Shown here: in pieces, positions 1-33,058 of the stretch
How positions within the stretch are numbered: position 1 is the stretch's first letter
Layout: every line of letters starts with the position of its first letter
Origin: Chrysomallon squamiferum
Taxonomy: Eukaryota > Animalia > Mollusca
DNA: 64,000 nucleotides
Assembly: GCA_012295275.1 (NCBI GenBank)
Contig: CM022665.1
Coordinates: forward strand, 30,628,001-30,692,000
Direction: 5' to 3'
The notes under the pieces: generated by a model
Database searches by the model: none
Seen by the model: the letters and a program-made list of their open reading frames with translations, nothing else
Told to the model about the DNA's origin: nothing
Translations under genes and position numbers: made by a program

Positions 1-1
1 T

Positions 2-3000
2 GTTTTAGCATACAACATGGCTGGTCTCCTGACCTGGGACTCTTCTGATGGCTTCTTTGTGGACAAAACACCACCATTTTCAGGCATTGTCAATGATGGA
101 AGAGGTAAAATATCAAATAAAAAATAGACAAGAGATTCCATATCTACATTTCTTTTTTACACAAAACTGCTGATGATTGGAGTCAAAAAGATAGAATGTT
201 ATAATGAAAAATTTCAACCCAAAGCTAAACTTGAAGATATACTGGTTAAGAACATTTTTCAAATTTTAACTTCACATTTTGTTTTAATTTAAATTACAGG
301 TCTTGATGATGCAGATTTTCAGTCTGATCCTAAAGATCTGTCAGCTTCGTGGCATGGATTCTCTGACACTGGATATGGTATTGTCAGCTACACTTGGTGT
401 GTTGGTGATACCATGGCAACCACTGAGTGTACCATCCATAAACCAGTCAATGTTGGACTGCACACGAGTACCACCAAGACATTACAGACAGCTATGTCCA
501 ATGGTTTGTTTGGTTTTTCCCAGAATAAACATAAAAGCTAATAATCATGTAATTCTGAAATTTAACTTCTTTTTCATATGTTAATTGTTTAAATGTGTTA
601 ATATTTCTGTTTCATTTATCTCGGTGTAAATACCAAAACAGTGAATTAACTACAGTAAATTTACAGACATATATTTCATTATAGACTTTCAGTTAAATTT
701 TTAAATAAATAAATTACTTTATATTTTACCTAAAGATGTTTTATCTTTTTATTTTAAGGAAAGAAAATATTCCACAAAGTATTTTCATTTGATGTTTTTG
801 GACACAAGTCATCTGTCAGTGTGTCTGATGGTGTAACGGTTGACTCCACCCCACCCCAGTCTGTCAGTGTGGCTTACTTGGGAGATAATCTGTTTAATAA
901 TCCATCTTTTGAAAGTTACAGTCAGACTGGAAACTGTAACAGCAATGTCCCAGCATCATGGCAGACTGATTCCTGTGTGCAGTTTGTCTCAGAAACATCA
1001 TCAGTTGCTCATCATGGAAAGAGTCACGTGGTTGTCAGTGGCAACATCTGGCAGACAGTTTCAACTGTACAAGACAAACTGTACAAACTGACAGTTCACT
1101 TTGGATACCCACACAACATTTCAGACAAACACACAACAACCGAGGGTTACATCCAGTTTGGAGATGACAAAATTTATTTTGATTTGGATCCACATCTTTG
1201 TAAAGGTCTTTGTGATGTTGGAGAACAAAAAACAATTCTCTGGCACAAGTTTACATACACCTTCACTGCAAAACATCCTTCCACAAAAATATCTTTTGGA
1301 ACATCTTCAAAGGAAGCTGAACTAGCTGTGGATTCAGTCTCACTTAATTCAGTGGATTACATAAAACAGTCAAAAACACAAGATGAGAACATCTCAGTAA
1401 CAAGTCTGTTTCTGCCTCACTGGACTTCTCTTCATGTTGTCTGGTATTTTCAAGATGAACAGTCTCCTATCGCTGATTACAAATGGGCAATAGGTGAGTT
1501 AAACAAGTAACAGAATAATGTTGATTTATCAGATTAGTGGAAAACACTTTCGGACACAACATATTAGAGTGATTTGCAATATTTGTAATTAATTGTGATT
1601 TTGTGATTTTGATAACAGAACTTTATGATCATACTTGTACATTATATACCTGTTTGTTTCCTATTATACAGTGCACTGATGCTTTATATGTTATATAACT
1701 TGTGTTTAGCTATTATAAAGGTTCATTATGAATTCTTCATATATGCTCATTTGCAAAATTAGAAGATAATATGTTATATGTTGTATAGTTTTGTTTTTCT
1801 TGGAGATTTATTGTTTCTTTACAATGGAACAATTTATATTAAATAACTGTTTAGGTTCTGTGCCTGGTGGAACTCAGGTTAAAGGATTTCAAAGAGTAGG
1901 ACAGCAGACTCATGGTTTTACATCAGGACTGAAGTTGACACACAACACAGACATCTACATCACTGTGGTCGCCACCAATGCTGCAGGACTGAGCAGTGTG
2001 ACAACATCTGGTGGCATCAAAGTTGACATGACACCACCTGTAATTACTGATGTCATCGATGGACAAGGTTTGTAAGAAAGATATTAATGAGGTGTCTCAA
2101 TTTGTAAGATATGATGGCATGTTTCAGTAATATGATCATTTTAATAGAAATATCTCAGATTTTCAGGAGATTGTGATAGTTTAAATAGAGACTTGTTAGA
2201 GTTTCAGGTCAATTTAATAATTTTAATAGAGATGTCTAAGTGTTTCCTGATACTGTGATTATTACTATTGTATTTTCCTACAGAAACTGATGAAGATTTC
2301 CAGAGATCCACACGTCTGTTTGTCAGTTACAAAGTTATAGATGAAGAATCTGGAGTGGACTACTGTGAATGGGCAATAGGTGACACATTTTAACAAATTT
2401 CTCCATATCATTGGTGATAACAGTTCATATCTTTCAAAAAAATCAAATATCCAAAAAGCAAAATATCGAAAATTAACATTTATATATTTACATTTTATTA
2501 CATTTAAAGTATCAAGTGAAAATATTTTCTGTGCTAGTCTTTGATAGATATGTCTCTTTTTTTTTCAATTTATGCTTAATGTAATTTTATATATGTTATA
2601 AATTAAATTTATTTATTAAAACCTGTAGACAGTATTTTAATACATATTAAGACTGATTTCTTATCTTTTTTTTTATCCTTTATTTATTTTTTTATTTATA
2701 AGCTTAAAAGTAATTATTTTATAATACAGCAGTCATTTATATATTGTAGCCTTAACTTAACATTTTGGTTTAAAAGTATTTTTTTGTAATATGACGAATA
2801 ACAAGCATTTACTTATTCATACCACACAGGATCTATATCTGGCTCATCTGACCTCAAATCATTTGTCAAGGTTGATGGTGACAGTAATCATCATGATTTT
2901 GATTTGTCCAGTGTGGACGTGTTTCTGATGGTGTACAGCACTGTGAGGTGTCACAACAAGGCAGGACTGCCAGCCCAGGCTACCAGTGACGGGGTGAAGC

Positions 3001-4339
3001 TGATTGGTAAAGGTCTGTCTAACACTGTGTCAAGTAACAGTCTCACTGTGCTGCCTGCTGGCTCAGTCTGTCACACTCAAAACAATTCACTCAGGATCAG
3101 GTGGCAAAATGATGCTGCCTTGGTGGACATAAAGAATTTAAAGGTAACCCTACACATTTTTCTTATTCAAGGAGTTTGTTTTGAAAATTTGATAATCTGT
3201 AAAGACTGTTTATATACGATCGTGGATGTTTGTAAGATTTGGTTTATACATACTTAATGGTTTGTAGGAAGTATATTGCTCAGGGTTCGTTTTGTTTTTG
3301 TTTTTACAGTGGTCTTGCCTAGAACAGACATGGCAGATAAATAACCAGATTTGATGTTTTAGCAATAAGGAAACAAAGAAATGGGTACAAGATTTCTTAC
3401 AATGTGTAGAAAATTGATGTCATTTCAGATAACCCTGGTAGATTCTTTTAATATCATCCAGAATATGATTCCATCTTATCTAAGTTTTGACCATGTCAGT
3501 CTGCAAAACTTAAACCTTCAACAAAACACAGAGTACAAATACAGCTTGACTCCAGTGGATGTTCTGAACAAGGAAGGTGTCTCAGTGTCATCAAGTTTTA
3601 AAATGTTTCGTAAGCCACCAACTTGGGCAGGTGAGACGAAATGTATCTTTTTCAGCCTGAGTTATAATATAGTGATCATCAATACAATTATTATAACAGC
3701 AGCTTAAAATATAAATAACATTGTCCATCACTTCGAGATTTTGATGGGTTTTTTTTTTTTTTTCAATATTAATTACATTAATGATTAAACATGTCATTAT
3801 CTATATTAAATTGTTTCTTAATAAAATAATCACTGGCTAAGTCAGGACTGAATCTTATTCAGATCTCCACTCAGCTCTAGACCTAAATAAATACACAGAA
3901 TGCTTAGTTCTTTTAAAATATTTGAATTCACCCGGTATCAGTCAAATAATTTTAATTTCAATGTAGTTTTACTTTATACAGATTATTTATCAAATGATAT
4001 TGTCCATGATAATTCAGTGTTAGGTATTGAAATATTGGGTTCTGTATTTCAGATTCATTTAAAATAAATGTGACAAAGATGTCTGACAGAAAGATCACGT
4101 TGTCATGGACAGATGCTGTGACATCATCATGGCCTGATCTAGTGTATGAAGTGTCACTGGGATCTGTACTGGGAGGAGCTGATATCCTAGATAAGAAACT
4201 CACTAAGAATACAGATGAAGCACTGATACTGCCGAAGTCAGTCAATAAAGCTGTGAATATCTTTGTCACAATTGTTGCAAAGGACCTGTGTGAAAGTTCT
4301 GCATTACACAAAGAACTGATCACTATCAGTCCAGAGTAA
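2..4339 (+). CDS. 3' part of a large uncharacterised FN3-like repeat protein with a CBM4/9 or DUF642-like insertion (5' end lies outside the window)
   Basis: Phase-consistent GT-AG exons <2-104, 300-503, 759-1493, 1855-2067, 2284-2379, 2830-3143, 3429-3630, 4053-4339 (TAA). Repeating motifs N.AGL...SDG..VD.TPP..G.V.DG and W..F.D..S.I..Y.W.IG. NLFNNPSFE marks the start of a jelly-roll-like module. Confidence 0.8.
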
Positions 4340-5738
4340 AACATGCTATAATATTTGTCTGTACAGATTACCATCTGTAATAACTAATAAAATAGATCAT
4401 TTAATTAGGCAACCCACTTTGAATTTTCTTATTGAGTTAAAAATTATGAAAACAAGATAACTGGACTGCTTCCTAGAAACTACTTATTTGCTTATTCAGG
4501 TTTCAAAAAGAGTGTAAGATAACACTTATTCCTTCCAAGTATTGAAAAAAGTGCACTAAATACGATGGATACACTTTTTGTTATGAATTAAGTTTTATTT
4601 TAAAGTAATGAAACATATACTAGGATAGGATATGGATAATAAAAATAAATAAATAAATAAATAAATAAACAATACTAAATTTGCATGTAACTTTGTAAGA
4701 GCTAATAAAAGACAAACAACTGAAAATGTTGTGATTAAAAATTGTTATTTTTTTATTTTTTTTATTTTCAGTAATGATATGTTGTTAACAATACATTCCC
4801 GTATACTTTCATTTTTATATATTAACTAATAACTGCAGTTCCTTACAAAGATGCTCCTTAACAAAAAGGCCATTTTGTCTATTTTGATAATGTTATAATT
4901 AATATTGACATTATTAGAAACATTACAGTATATTCTCTTGAAGATCATACAATAAATTTTTTTATCTTAATTATCATTTTGTGTTTTGATGCATTTTCTT
5001 TTCTTTTTTTTGGTCCTTTTAAGTAATTTTTCAAAATGCAGTAAAATATCATTTGGTCATCAATAATTGGAGGCCTGCCAAAATGTTATTGCTTCAAAAC
5101 CCAAAATTTCTATTTTTGAACCCAGTGAACCACTTAAAGACAGTCCTCTCAGCTATGGACCACTACCATAAAAGGCACAACCCTTTTTTCACTATGCATT
5201 TTTACTTTCTGCAAATGCATCTCATTTTCCTCCATTTTCACTGCTAATGTAAAACATTTTAAAATTAACAATTAACACATGAAGTGTACAGAAAGATGCA
5301 CTGTGAAGCAAAATCACACACTTAAATGCATCATACTGAAAAAAGCTAACTTTTTGTTCGAACCAAGAATTTCAAGTATACCTTTGGTTATATGAACATC
5401 AGGCTAAAAACACATTTTATATAATTCTATGTGAATGCTTTATTTATACTAGTAAATCAATCTTTGGCATTAATAAAGACTGACAAAGAAATAACAAGCT
5501 CACAAGGGTGTAATACAGTTTCTACTTTTTTCATGACATCAGTTTGATACACAGAAAATGAAATAAAGATAATATAAGGAATGGTGTCATTCATAAATCT
5601 ATAAGGTCTTTTCTACAACTTCCTTGTTCAGATTTCTCTTTACAATGTCCCACGTCAAACAAAGTGTGAACCTCCAACTTTCATTAGTATTTATTTGTAA
5701 ATAAAACAACAAAATTGTAAAAACAAATCTTATATATA

Positions 5739-5794
<56 letters not shown>

Positions 5795-5887
5795 TCAAAG
5801 ATATACCTTAAATAAATAATAATTTATATTCTTTAAAGTTTTGATGAAATAGTGATTTATATTCTTTAAAGCTTTAAGTTATAATTT

Positions 5888-8800
5888 TCATATATTTTCA
5901 GAATCATCAAGATTTTTAACAATCCATTGTTTTAGCAATTCAATTTCTTTTCTGTTAATTTCGTGGTAAAGATCTGGAAAAGTGTGAAACTGTCCATCAA
6001 CTCCCAGTGATTTCAATTTTTCAAAAGTATCTTTACCCCAGTCAAATAAAACTAAACTGTCTTCTTCTCCATGACACTGAAACAGTGGAGCAAGGTTCTT
6101 GTCATGCTCTTCAACACTCTGAAAAATGGATTTTTTTCAAAATGTATATAATTATTATGATCCAAAGATAATTACACCAATTAGATCTATCTATAACTAG
6201 TTATATCTCCGATTTAAGTTCAAGTAAGTTATTTGTGTTAGTTGTTAAAACTAACCTTGTATACTGATGATTCTTTCTGAAGAAAACTGGACAGTGCAAA
6301 TACACCAGCTATCTGTCTATGGAACTGATATGCTAGATGAAGAGCTAGGCATCCTCCCATAGAAAAACCACCTGCATTAATACAAATAACAAAGAAAATC
6401 ACCTGTAATAATATAAATAACATAGAAAAGCTACCTATAACAATAACAATAACACAGCAAACCCATCTGTAAAAATACAACATAGCAAATCCGCCTCTAT
6501 AAAAATATGTATGTCTATGAAGGTATACATAACATAAAATTTGTTTGTATTAAATTTAATTAAGTCTGATGATTGAATAATTACTAGAAAACTTAATAAA
6601 CATAACAAATATTGTATGGTTCTTAAATTAACTTGAATGGATATCAGATACATCAGGTTAAAATCAGGGTTCATAAATATTCAACAATAATAATAAATCT
6701 ATAAAAAATAATTTGTAAAATGTTTGAACATATATTTCTAATTCTGTTTTAAAAATAACTTTAAAAATAAGATAAGGAATAGACTAAATAAAACAATGCT
6801 GAATTCTTCAATCTCTTCAATTTATTTTTTGCCACAGTTAATCTGACTGGGTATTAGGATAAATTACAATAATTAAAAAATGGATTTTAACTACAAGCAT
6901 CAATTTTAAATATTTAGTGAACTGTAATTATATCAATTTTGTAAATAATGGTAAAAATTACCGATCATGATTCTGTGTTTAGGTATACCATTCCTGATCT
7001 CTGCTTCAATTAGACAGGAGAATTCTTCACATGTTGTTTTGACCGAGTCACTTTCAGCTGTGAATGGAGAAATCTGGTTTCTATCAAACCAAACAGTACT
7101 TACTGCACCTCCCATAGGTGTATACGGCCTGTCACACATAAGCAAATGTAAATTATCTGTATCATAAAATGTACAAACTACTAAAGAAAAATGGATTCGT
7201 TTTTTTTTTTTTTTATAGAAATTAGGGCTAAGCCAGATGCAGATATTCTTAAAATTTTTAAAATTATATTTTAATTACTTAACAAACAAAAAAACAACAA
7301 TAATAAATAAATAAATAAATATAATTTTTTTTTTTTTTTTTTTAAAACGGTAACAAAAAAATGGTTGAACGAAATCTATTGTGTTTTATCCTCTTTTAAT
7401 CACTAATTTAAAAAAGCCAATGAATGGAAATTGGATCTGTGATTAAGAAACTTACCTAGGAGGTGCTGTAGGAAAGATAACTCTAAGGTGTGGAAAAACA
7501 AATTCTTCTCCCAGGACACTATGTAACGACTGTCGAATTCCTGGTCCAGTATCTCCTAATCAAATTTAAAAAAAGGTCAAAGAATGCTGGTCATGATGAA
7601 CAACATAATTTAGCAAACTGTTACCCTATATACTGCTAATGTGTATACTATTTACTTGTGAATCATTTTAAAAACTACACATACAATTTTTCATTATATT
7701 AATTCATATTTGGCAGCATTCAACATGTAATTGTAAATTGATAATCTATTTGATACTTAAAGTATGTTCATCAAAAACAACACAGTGATTTTAGGTATGG
7801 CTACTACTGGCCAACTAACTTTAGGTGGTTATCTTATTTTGTTGTAAATAGTTACAGTACATAATGTAAAACAAATATTGATACAGTGCCTATAGTCAGT
7901 AGAAAAAAAAAAAAAAAAAAAAATTTAATTAGAAAAGATTTTTTTTTTAATTATTACACATTTGAAGATGCAAATCTGAAGTAAAATGATTATAATTTAT
8001 GAATGGCTATCTGACACACACACAGTGTATACACATTTTTGCTTATATGGACATCATCCATATACAAAGTGTGTCACATCTTTTTATATGTGAACAATAT
8101 AGATTATAAATAAAATTACTCAAATAATATATTATTTGGTTTTCCAAGCAGCTGATTTTACTTTTATAAAATAGATGAATTCTTTTGGATAAAGTATAAT
8201 CCTCATGCATAACATATATCTCCCCGAGTGATTTAATAATACTAATACAGCTAATTAAGTGAATTTTATTTGTTTGCAAATTCGGAATCCCATATTAAAT
8301 TAATTTTGGATTTTAATGAAAGTTCAGTTCGTCAGTTGACTGGACATTTCACAGAGATTGGTGTTTGTTTCTATGTCTGCATTTTTTTATACGTATCTAT
8401 TAAATAAATAATAAAATATGTGCAATGTAGATCTTTACATTTGATTTGTAAATTGTGAATAAAATGTGACAATGACTAAATGAGTAGGGGCTATGTTGCT
8501 TTTAATTTGTGTTGTTAGCACATGCATAAATCCATGAGATGGTTAACAAGCTTTGTCATAACATCATAGTCAAGATCTAAAACATGATTACAGATGTAAG
8601 GCACTAAGAAGTCCAACCATACTGGTAAGTACCAGTGAATCAACAACTAATTACCAGATAGCCAGAATGTCTGGTTTGAGATCTTGCCATAGTGTAATGG
8701 GAAAAACCAGGTTGCACTGTTCCCAGTCTGGTAGCCAGCTGAGCTTACCTGGATTACAGTTTGTTGAGGGTAATTAACCAACAGCTGAAACTGATCTGGT

Positions 8801-11347
8801 ATCTATAATATACAAGGTTCCGTTTATTAAGGGTTTTATACCCCAAAACTGGACCAAAATACATAGTTAGTTTAGATGGTAATCCATGATAACCAGGGAC
8901 CAGTTTTGCCAGTTTCCACTATATATACACACACATATATATATCTGTCTGTTTTGAAAATACATATATATATACTTTTAGAAGTACTGTATCTGTTTAG
9001 TTTATTTTGACATTTTATTAATATTAATCACAAATTGAAGATGATCTAAGATAAATGTAATATAATACTGACTATAAAACAATATTAATAAAATATTATT
9101 CACAGAATGCATAATGTTTGTATGAATAACATGACATTTTGTTCCATTACCATTTACAGGATTGTCCAAGTAAAAGTATATGTGCTTGGATAAAAGTCTA
9201 ATCCACTTAAAGTTCACATGCCAGAAGAGTCAAAACTAGATCCTGAAGTAGAGCTGAAACCAAAGCCGAAACCCAGTATCATCCATCAGTTAAGTGAACT
9301 GCTGTCTAGCTGGTCCTGCCAGAAAACACTCAAGTATCCATGACAATGGAAATTATGAAGATGCAGTCATTGGATTTGACTGCAGATGTATTTGATGACT
9401 CCACTGTCGTTCCTAAAGCTGATGAAATTCTGGTTATGGAAAGTATTGACAAAAATATATCTGCAGAAATCATCACCACCAATCCATCCACAGTCAGTGA
9501 GTGGATGATGGGACATAATACAGATGATGCTTTATCATTTAGGATTGCTTAATCATTCCTACTGGTGATACAGTATACAGAACAAGCATATGAGATGTTC
9601 TACCACTGAGAATAAGTGAGGAAACAAATATAAAAGATGGATTCCTGACTTCCTGTGACACAACATCACTGCCGTTTGGTACTGCAATGCAACAGCAGCT
9701 GGATTCCTACAGAAGGCCAAGACGTGGTATGTGGATGCTACATTCAAAACCCTCAGACCAAAAGACCCATTTCATCAACTGTTCTTTGTCCATGCTTTCA
9801 TACAAAAGGATAGACAATCTAACCAGGTGCTGCTTGTCTATGTCTTCACATTGAGGTGAAACAAAAAGGACTGCAAAAAAATACTGAAGATGAGATACTG
9901 TTTATTTATTTGAATGCATATGTCTGGTTATCTGAATGTTATTTCAGTAATGTGTTTTGCAACACCATTGTTCAACATCAACACTAAGGACTGCTGCAGG
10001 TTATATTCATGAAAGATCAGGTATGTACATTATTTATTGCTATATCATTCAAGAATATGAATATGATAATATGTGTGCTGAACATAATAGTGAGTTTGCA
10101 CAGATTTTCATAATTATGATTCTCTCTATTACATATTTATTCTGTGTTCACGTGCAATAATTATTACATATAACCCCACTGTTATTTATTTCCAGGCTCT
10201 TGGGCTGCAAGGTGATTAGACAGAAAGGGCCATGCTTCAAGTGCATAAGGAGGGTATTAGTGCTATCACTGCTGCCTGATGAACACATCATGCCTACATT
10301 TGACAAACTGTGTGATGAAATGTCTTTAACACTAAAACCACTGGAACTTACATCAAATCAACATGGATGACAGGGATGTGGACTCCCAAAGACTGTTCCA
10401 TATGTTGCCAACCTGTTCAGACAAACAATGATTGTGAAGGTAACTTCATTACTTGTGAGTACTAATGCAAATAATATTATAATTATTAAATTAATCATGG
10501 TCAATAGCTAGCGAAATGACATTAAATGAATGTACTAGCTATTTTTGCACAGACTTTCATAATTATGAATCTCACTATTACATGTGTACTACGTTTTGCA
10601 GGCTGGCACATGTATATGAAGTGAAGAAGTGTCAGACTACCACCATTCTCTCTGCTCACACAGCTGCTTCACCATGAATACTACTGTTGCAGATGAATTT
10701 TTTTCTCATAACAAAAATTATCAAAGATACAGTGCAAGTGCAGACAAATGATTCAATCAATAGTTTTTACTTTGATCACGTTTGGATTTCTGTCACATTT
10801 CTGATAAAAAAAAAACAAAAAAAACCATTTTTATATCTAAAAAGAAATTTGCAGATGAATCATTTAAGATAACAAGATACAGGAACGTTTTGACCTTTTT
10901 GTTTTAGGTACGTTTTTACACGCACCCCATCAGGATCATTGTAACTACTGAACTAGTTTAAAAATTATTTCAATACTTTTGAAACATTCGTTACATTGTA
11001 AGTTTACAGGAAAACTGAAAAGGAAAATAATTCCCGATAATATTAAATGTTATAACAAACTGCATAATATAATTGATTACTTTACTGTGTAACACTACTA
11101 AAAGTGTTTTAATAACTCAGTTACTCACTGAATCAGTGAATGACTGCGGCATTAAATTCCTTAATTTTTGACATCTGTATGGTTTAATGGAAATAGTCAT
11201 TACCACCGATAATATCAATAGAACAGTTGTTGCTTATTTCATTTTAGAATTACCTGAACCATGTAGAAATATAATACTGCCTGTACATTTTTCTTTACTT
11301 TGTGCTATTATTTGTGGACGAAATTTACGAACTATGGACGCAGACAT
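5888..11347 (-). CDS. LYPLAL1: Lysophospholipase-like protein 1 (alpha/beta hydrolase), about 235 aa
   Basis: Exons 11347-11254, 7555-7456, 7128-6962, 6371-6256, 6118-5888 join in frame (708 nt). Motifs [40 protein letters not shown] (nucleophile), [12 protein letters not shown] and LYHE complete a Ser-Asp-His triad. Confidence 0.93.
9210..10700 (+). mobile_element. Decayed Mutator-like (MULE) transposase remnant in LYPLAL1 intron 1, antisense to the host gene
   Basis: Fragments [12 protein letters not shown]...[13 protein letters not shown]...QVLLVYV (~9710-9845), [20 protein letters not shown] and TNNDCEG|WH match MULE DDE motifs. Stops and frameshifts are present. Boundaries and TIRs are not resolved. 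Confidence 0.75.
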
Positions 11348-11446
11348 GTTTTTCCCACAATTCCACTGCCGGTAGTCGGTGCGCGTGCCAAGTCACAGCT
11401 TGTTTGTTTGTAAAGTTTTAACTAATTAATCTGGCAGGATATACGG
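11348..11446. promoter_or_regulatory. Probable compact bidirectional promoter and TTLL5 non-coding first exon
   Basis: Local CpG patch TGCCGGTAGTCGGTGCGCGTGCC just upstream of the LYPLAL1 ATG. A + strand donor (ACGG|GTATGA, ~11446) can splice to the TTLL5 acceptor at 12557. Confidence 0.6.
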
Positions 11447-12157
11447 GTATGATCTAAATTTTTGTCAGCATTAACGTAAATGGTATATTAATTATTGGGA
11501 TAACTTTTTATTTATTAATAACCATTTTTGTTACGGTTTCTGTTTGGATGATACCGTTAATCGCTTAATATTGATTTGTGTCGTTGCTTCGGCTTAGCAA
11601 CATTTCCTATACCTTAATTTTTTAAAATTAATTAATTTTGGATATTCTTATTAGTGAGTATAATGAGCGTGCATATTTCTGAATTTTGAAAGTGACGAGT
11701 AATATTTTAAAACATAAAATTAATTTTTGGTTTTCTTAAAAAGAAGGTTTTCTGTGACCATGGTTACCGGAAACTACACTGTTCAAAAGAAGAAACTTGT
11801 TACATTTTTCAGTTATTAAATTCAAAGCAAATCAGCATACCAAATGAAAAGGTTGATAAAAAAAAAGATTAAAACAAAACAAACACGTTACCACAATTTC
11901 AATCATGTAACACATTAAAATAGTTTTGTTTTGTTTTTGTCGTATATCAGTTTCGTACATGCGTGATACGGTTGCCATTTCATGCTGTGTAATATTTGGC
12001 AATCTAGTTTACATGTTTAGTAATAGCTGATGGGTATAGTGTCAGTGCTTTGTTATGAACATTTTGTTTGTTGGCCTACTGAGTACTGGTCTCTAAGAAT
12101 ACTCACAAAGAGCAGAAGTTTTCCTTTGTCATATATCATCAGTATAAAAAAAAAAAA

Positions 12158-12202
<45 letters not shown>

Positions 12203-12456
12203 TTTAAATAACACCAGCATGAATTTTATGCCTGACATGGTGTTTAATATTGAAATATTTATTCATTTATTTAATCCACCACCCCCCAAAACACAGCAAC
12301 AAAACACCCTTTCCATAGTTACGTTTTCCTTAATTGAACTGTTTCAGATATTTACCCTAATAAATAATCAGATTAACTGTGATTGAAACTAGTAAAAACA
12401 TATCAATAGAACATATATATATATACATACATATACATACATACTGAACTGTTGCA

Positions 12457-12492
<36 letters not shown>

Positions 12493-12638
12493 ATACTGAA
12501 CTGTTGCACATCATAATTATTCAGAATTATGTATAAATTTGTTTTTTTTCATTTTAGAAGATGAAAAGATGGAAGCTCAGCTAAAGAGATGATTGTACTA
12601 TGTGAACATCTGCTTATGTATGTTGTGTGAAAGTAACA

Positions 12639-31573
<18,935 letters not shown>

Positions 31574-33058
31574 TATTGTCAGACTGAAAAATACCTCACA
31601 GTTGACTGGGGCATGCTGTGAAAGTGACAAAGTTCTGCATGATGATCTGATTTCAACAAGACTACCTGCAAAACCTCTATCAGTGCCAGTGTATCTGTTT
31701 TAATTTAAACACTGTGAAATGACTGTGATACTACAACAATGTAGCTGGACCAGTGATATTTTCTTTGACAATCTGAAACATTCCTATTACAAATTCTTAT
31801 GAAATAGGCATTCCAATATTTGGGATGAGTTAACATATGCTCCAGAAATATTACACTTTATTTTACCCTTTTTAAATTTACCTTTCAGAATATAAAATTT
31901 AAAACTTTTAACAGCTTTGAACTAAATAAAAACTCTCTCATTGTGATAGATATGTTCAAGTTGTATAATATTTTCTTGTGTCTAAAGTTGAGAGTGATTC
32001 CCACACACTTTAATAAATCTATAGAAGTAACAAAGTATATATTAATCTGTATCATTTTATTTATTTTATGATAACTACCTTATATTTAAAAGTAACTGAT
32101 TGTATTGGCAGTTAGCTTGCACAGTTTAAAATGACTTGAACTGACAGTATCTGCAATTAACAAATGTGTGTTGTATTATGCTGAACTTGAAAATTCTGAT
32201 TTCTAAAATAGACATATCTCAAGTTTTTAGATGAATTAACTGACCTCTGGAGTTTGGTTTAAATGATATTTTGGTGTAAACTCTGGTCATTCTGTGATAT
32301 TCTTAACTTTACTACCATGATAATTAGATTTATTATTTATACTGCAAATATCTGTAATGAAATTTTGTACTTAAATAATTGTTCAGTGTTTTATTTAAGC
32401 TTGCAACATTTGAAGCCTTAACTTCAATTTCAAGTTTAGTGAATTGATTTATTGGTGTGGTGTTAATTTATTATTATTTTATTTTTTTATCATTATTTTA
32501 TTTTTTTATTATTATTATTAATTTATTGAAGTTAGTCTCCATTTTGTCTTAGTAAGTGTGGGTGTTGATTCCGTCCATACATATCATGTGATAACTGTTA
32601 TTTTCTTAGATGTTTGTTCTTAAAACTAATGTATTTCCAATAATCTCATAAACATATCCATTCTATGCAAATATGCAGGTATGTTTTTAAGATATTTTAT
32701 GTTTATCTGTATTAAAATATTTCAGTTATATTGATTTGATTATACTGTCTGATATAGAAGTTTTGTATTGGAACCACTGACTTAGGTGTATGTTCAATTG
32801 TACAGTAATCATACATGTGTATGAATGTGTACATAAATTATTTTTTAACAGCCTTATTTAATTTCTTTTCTGTTTTTGTTTTATCTTCAGCATTTTATAT
32901 ACATTTACCAAATATCACTATTTTAATTATTTATGTAATCATTTATTCAGTTTCTTTATTACTTTTAATGTATACTTTTTTATCCTCAGTCTTCATAATG
33001 GTGTATTTCTTCATACAGAAATCACTATATTATTTGCATTTTATTCTATTATACATAC

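Noticed and set aside
12030-12386. ORFs with poly-Ile, poly-Phe or IYLF runs (also 16680, 19192, 39604, 54036)
   Set aside because: These are translations of (AAT)n, (T)n, (TTTA)n, (GA)n and (TA/CA)n microsatellites inside introns.
12440-12509. 18-bp direct repeat CATACTGAACTGTTGCAC flanking (TA)n
   Set aside because: Most simply a local slippage duplication, with no element inside.
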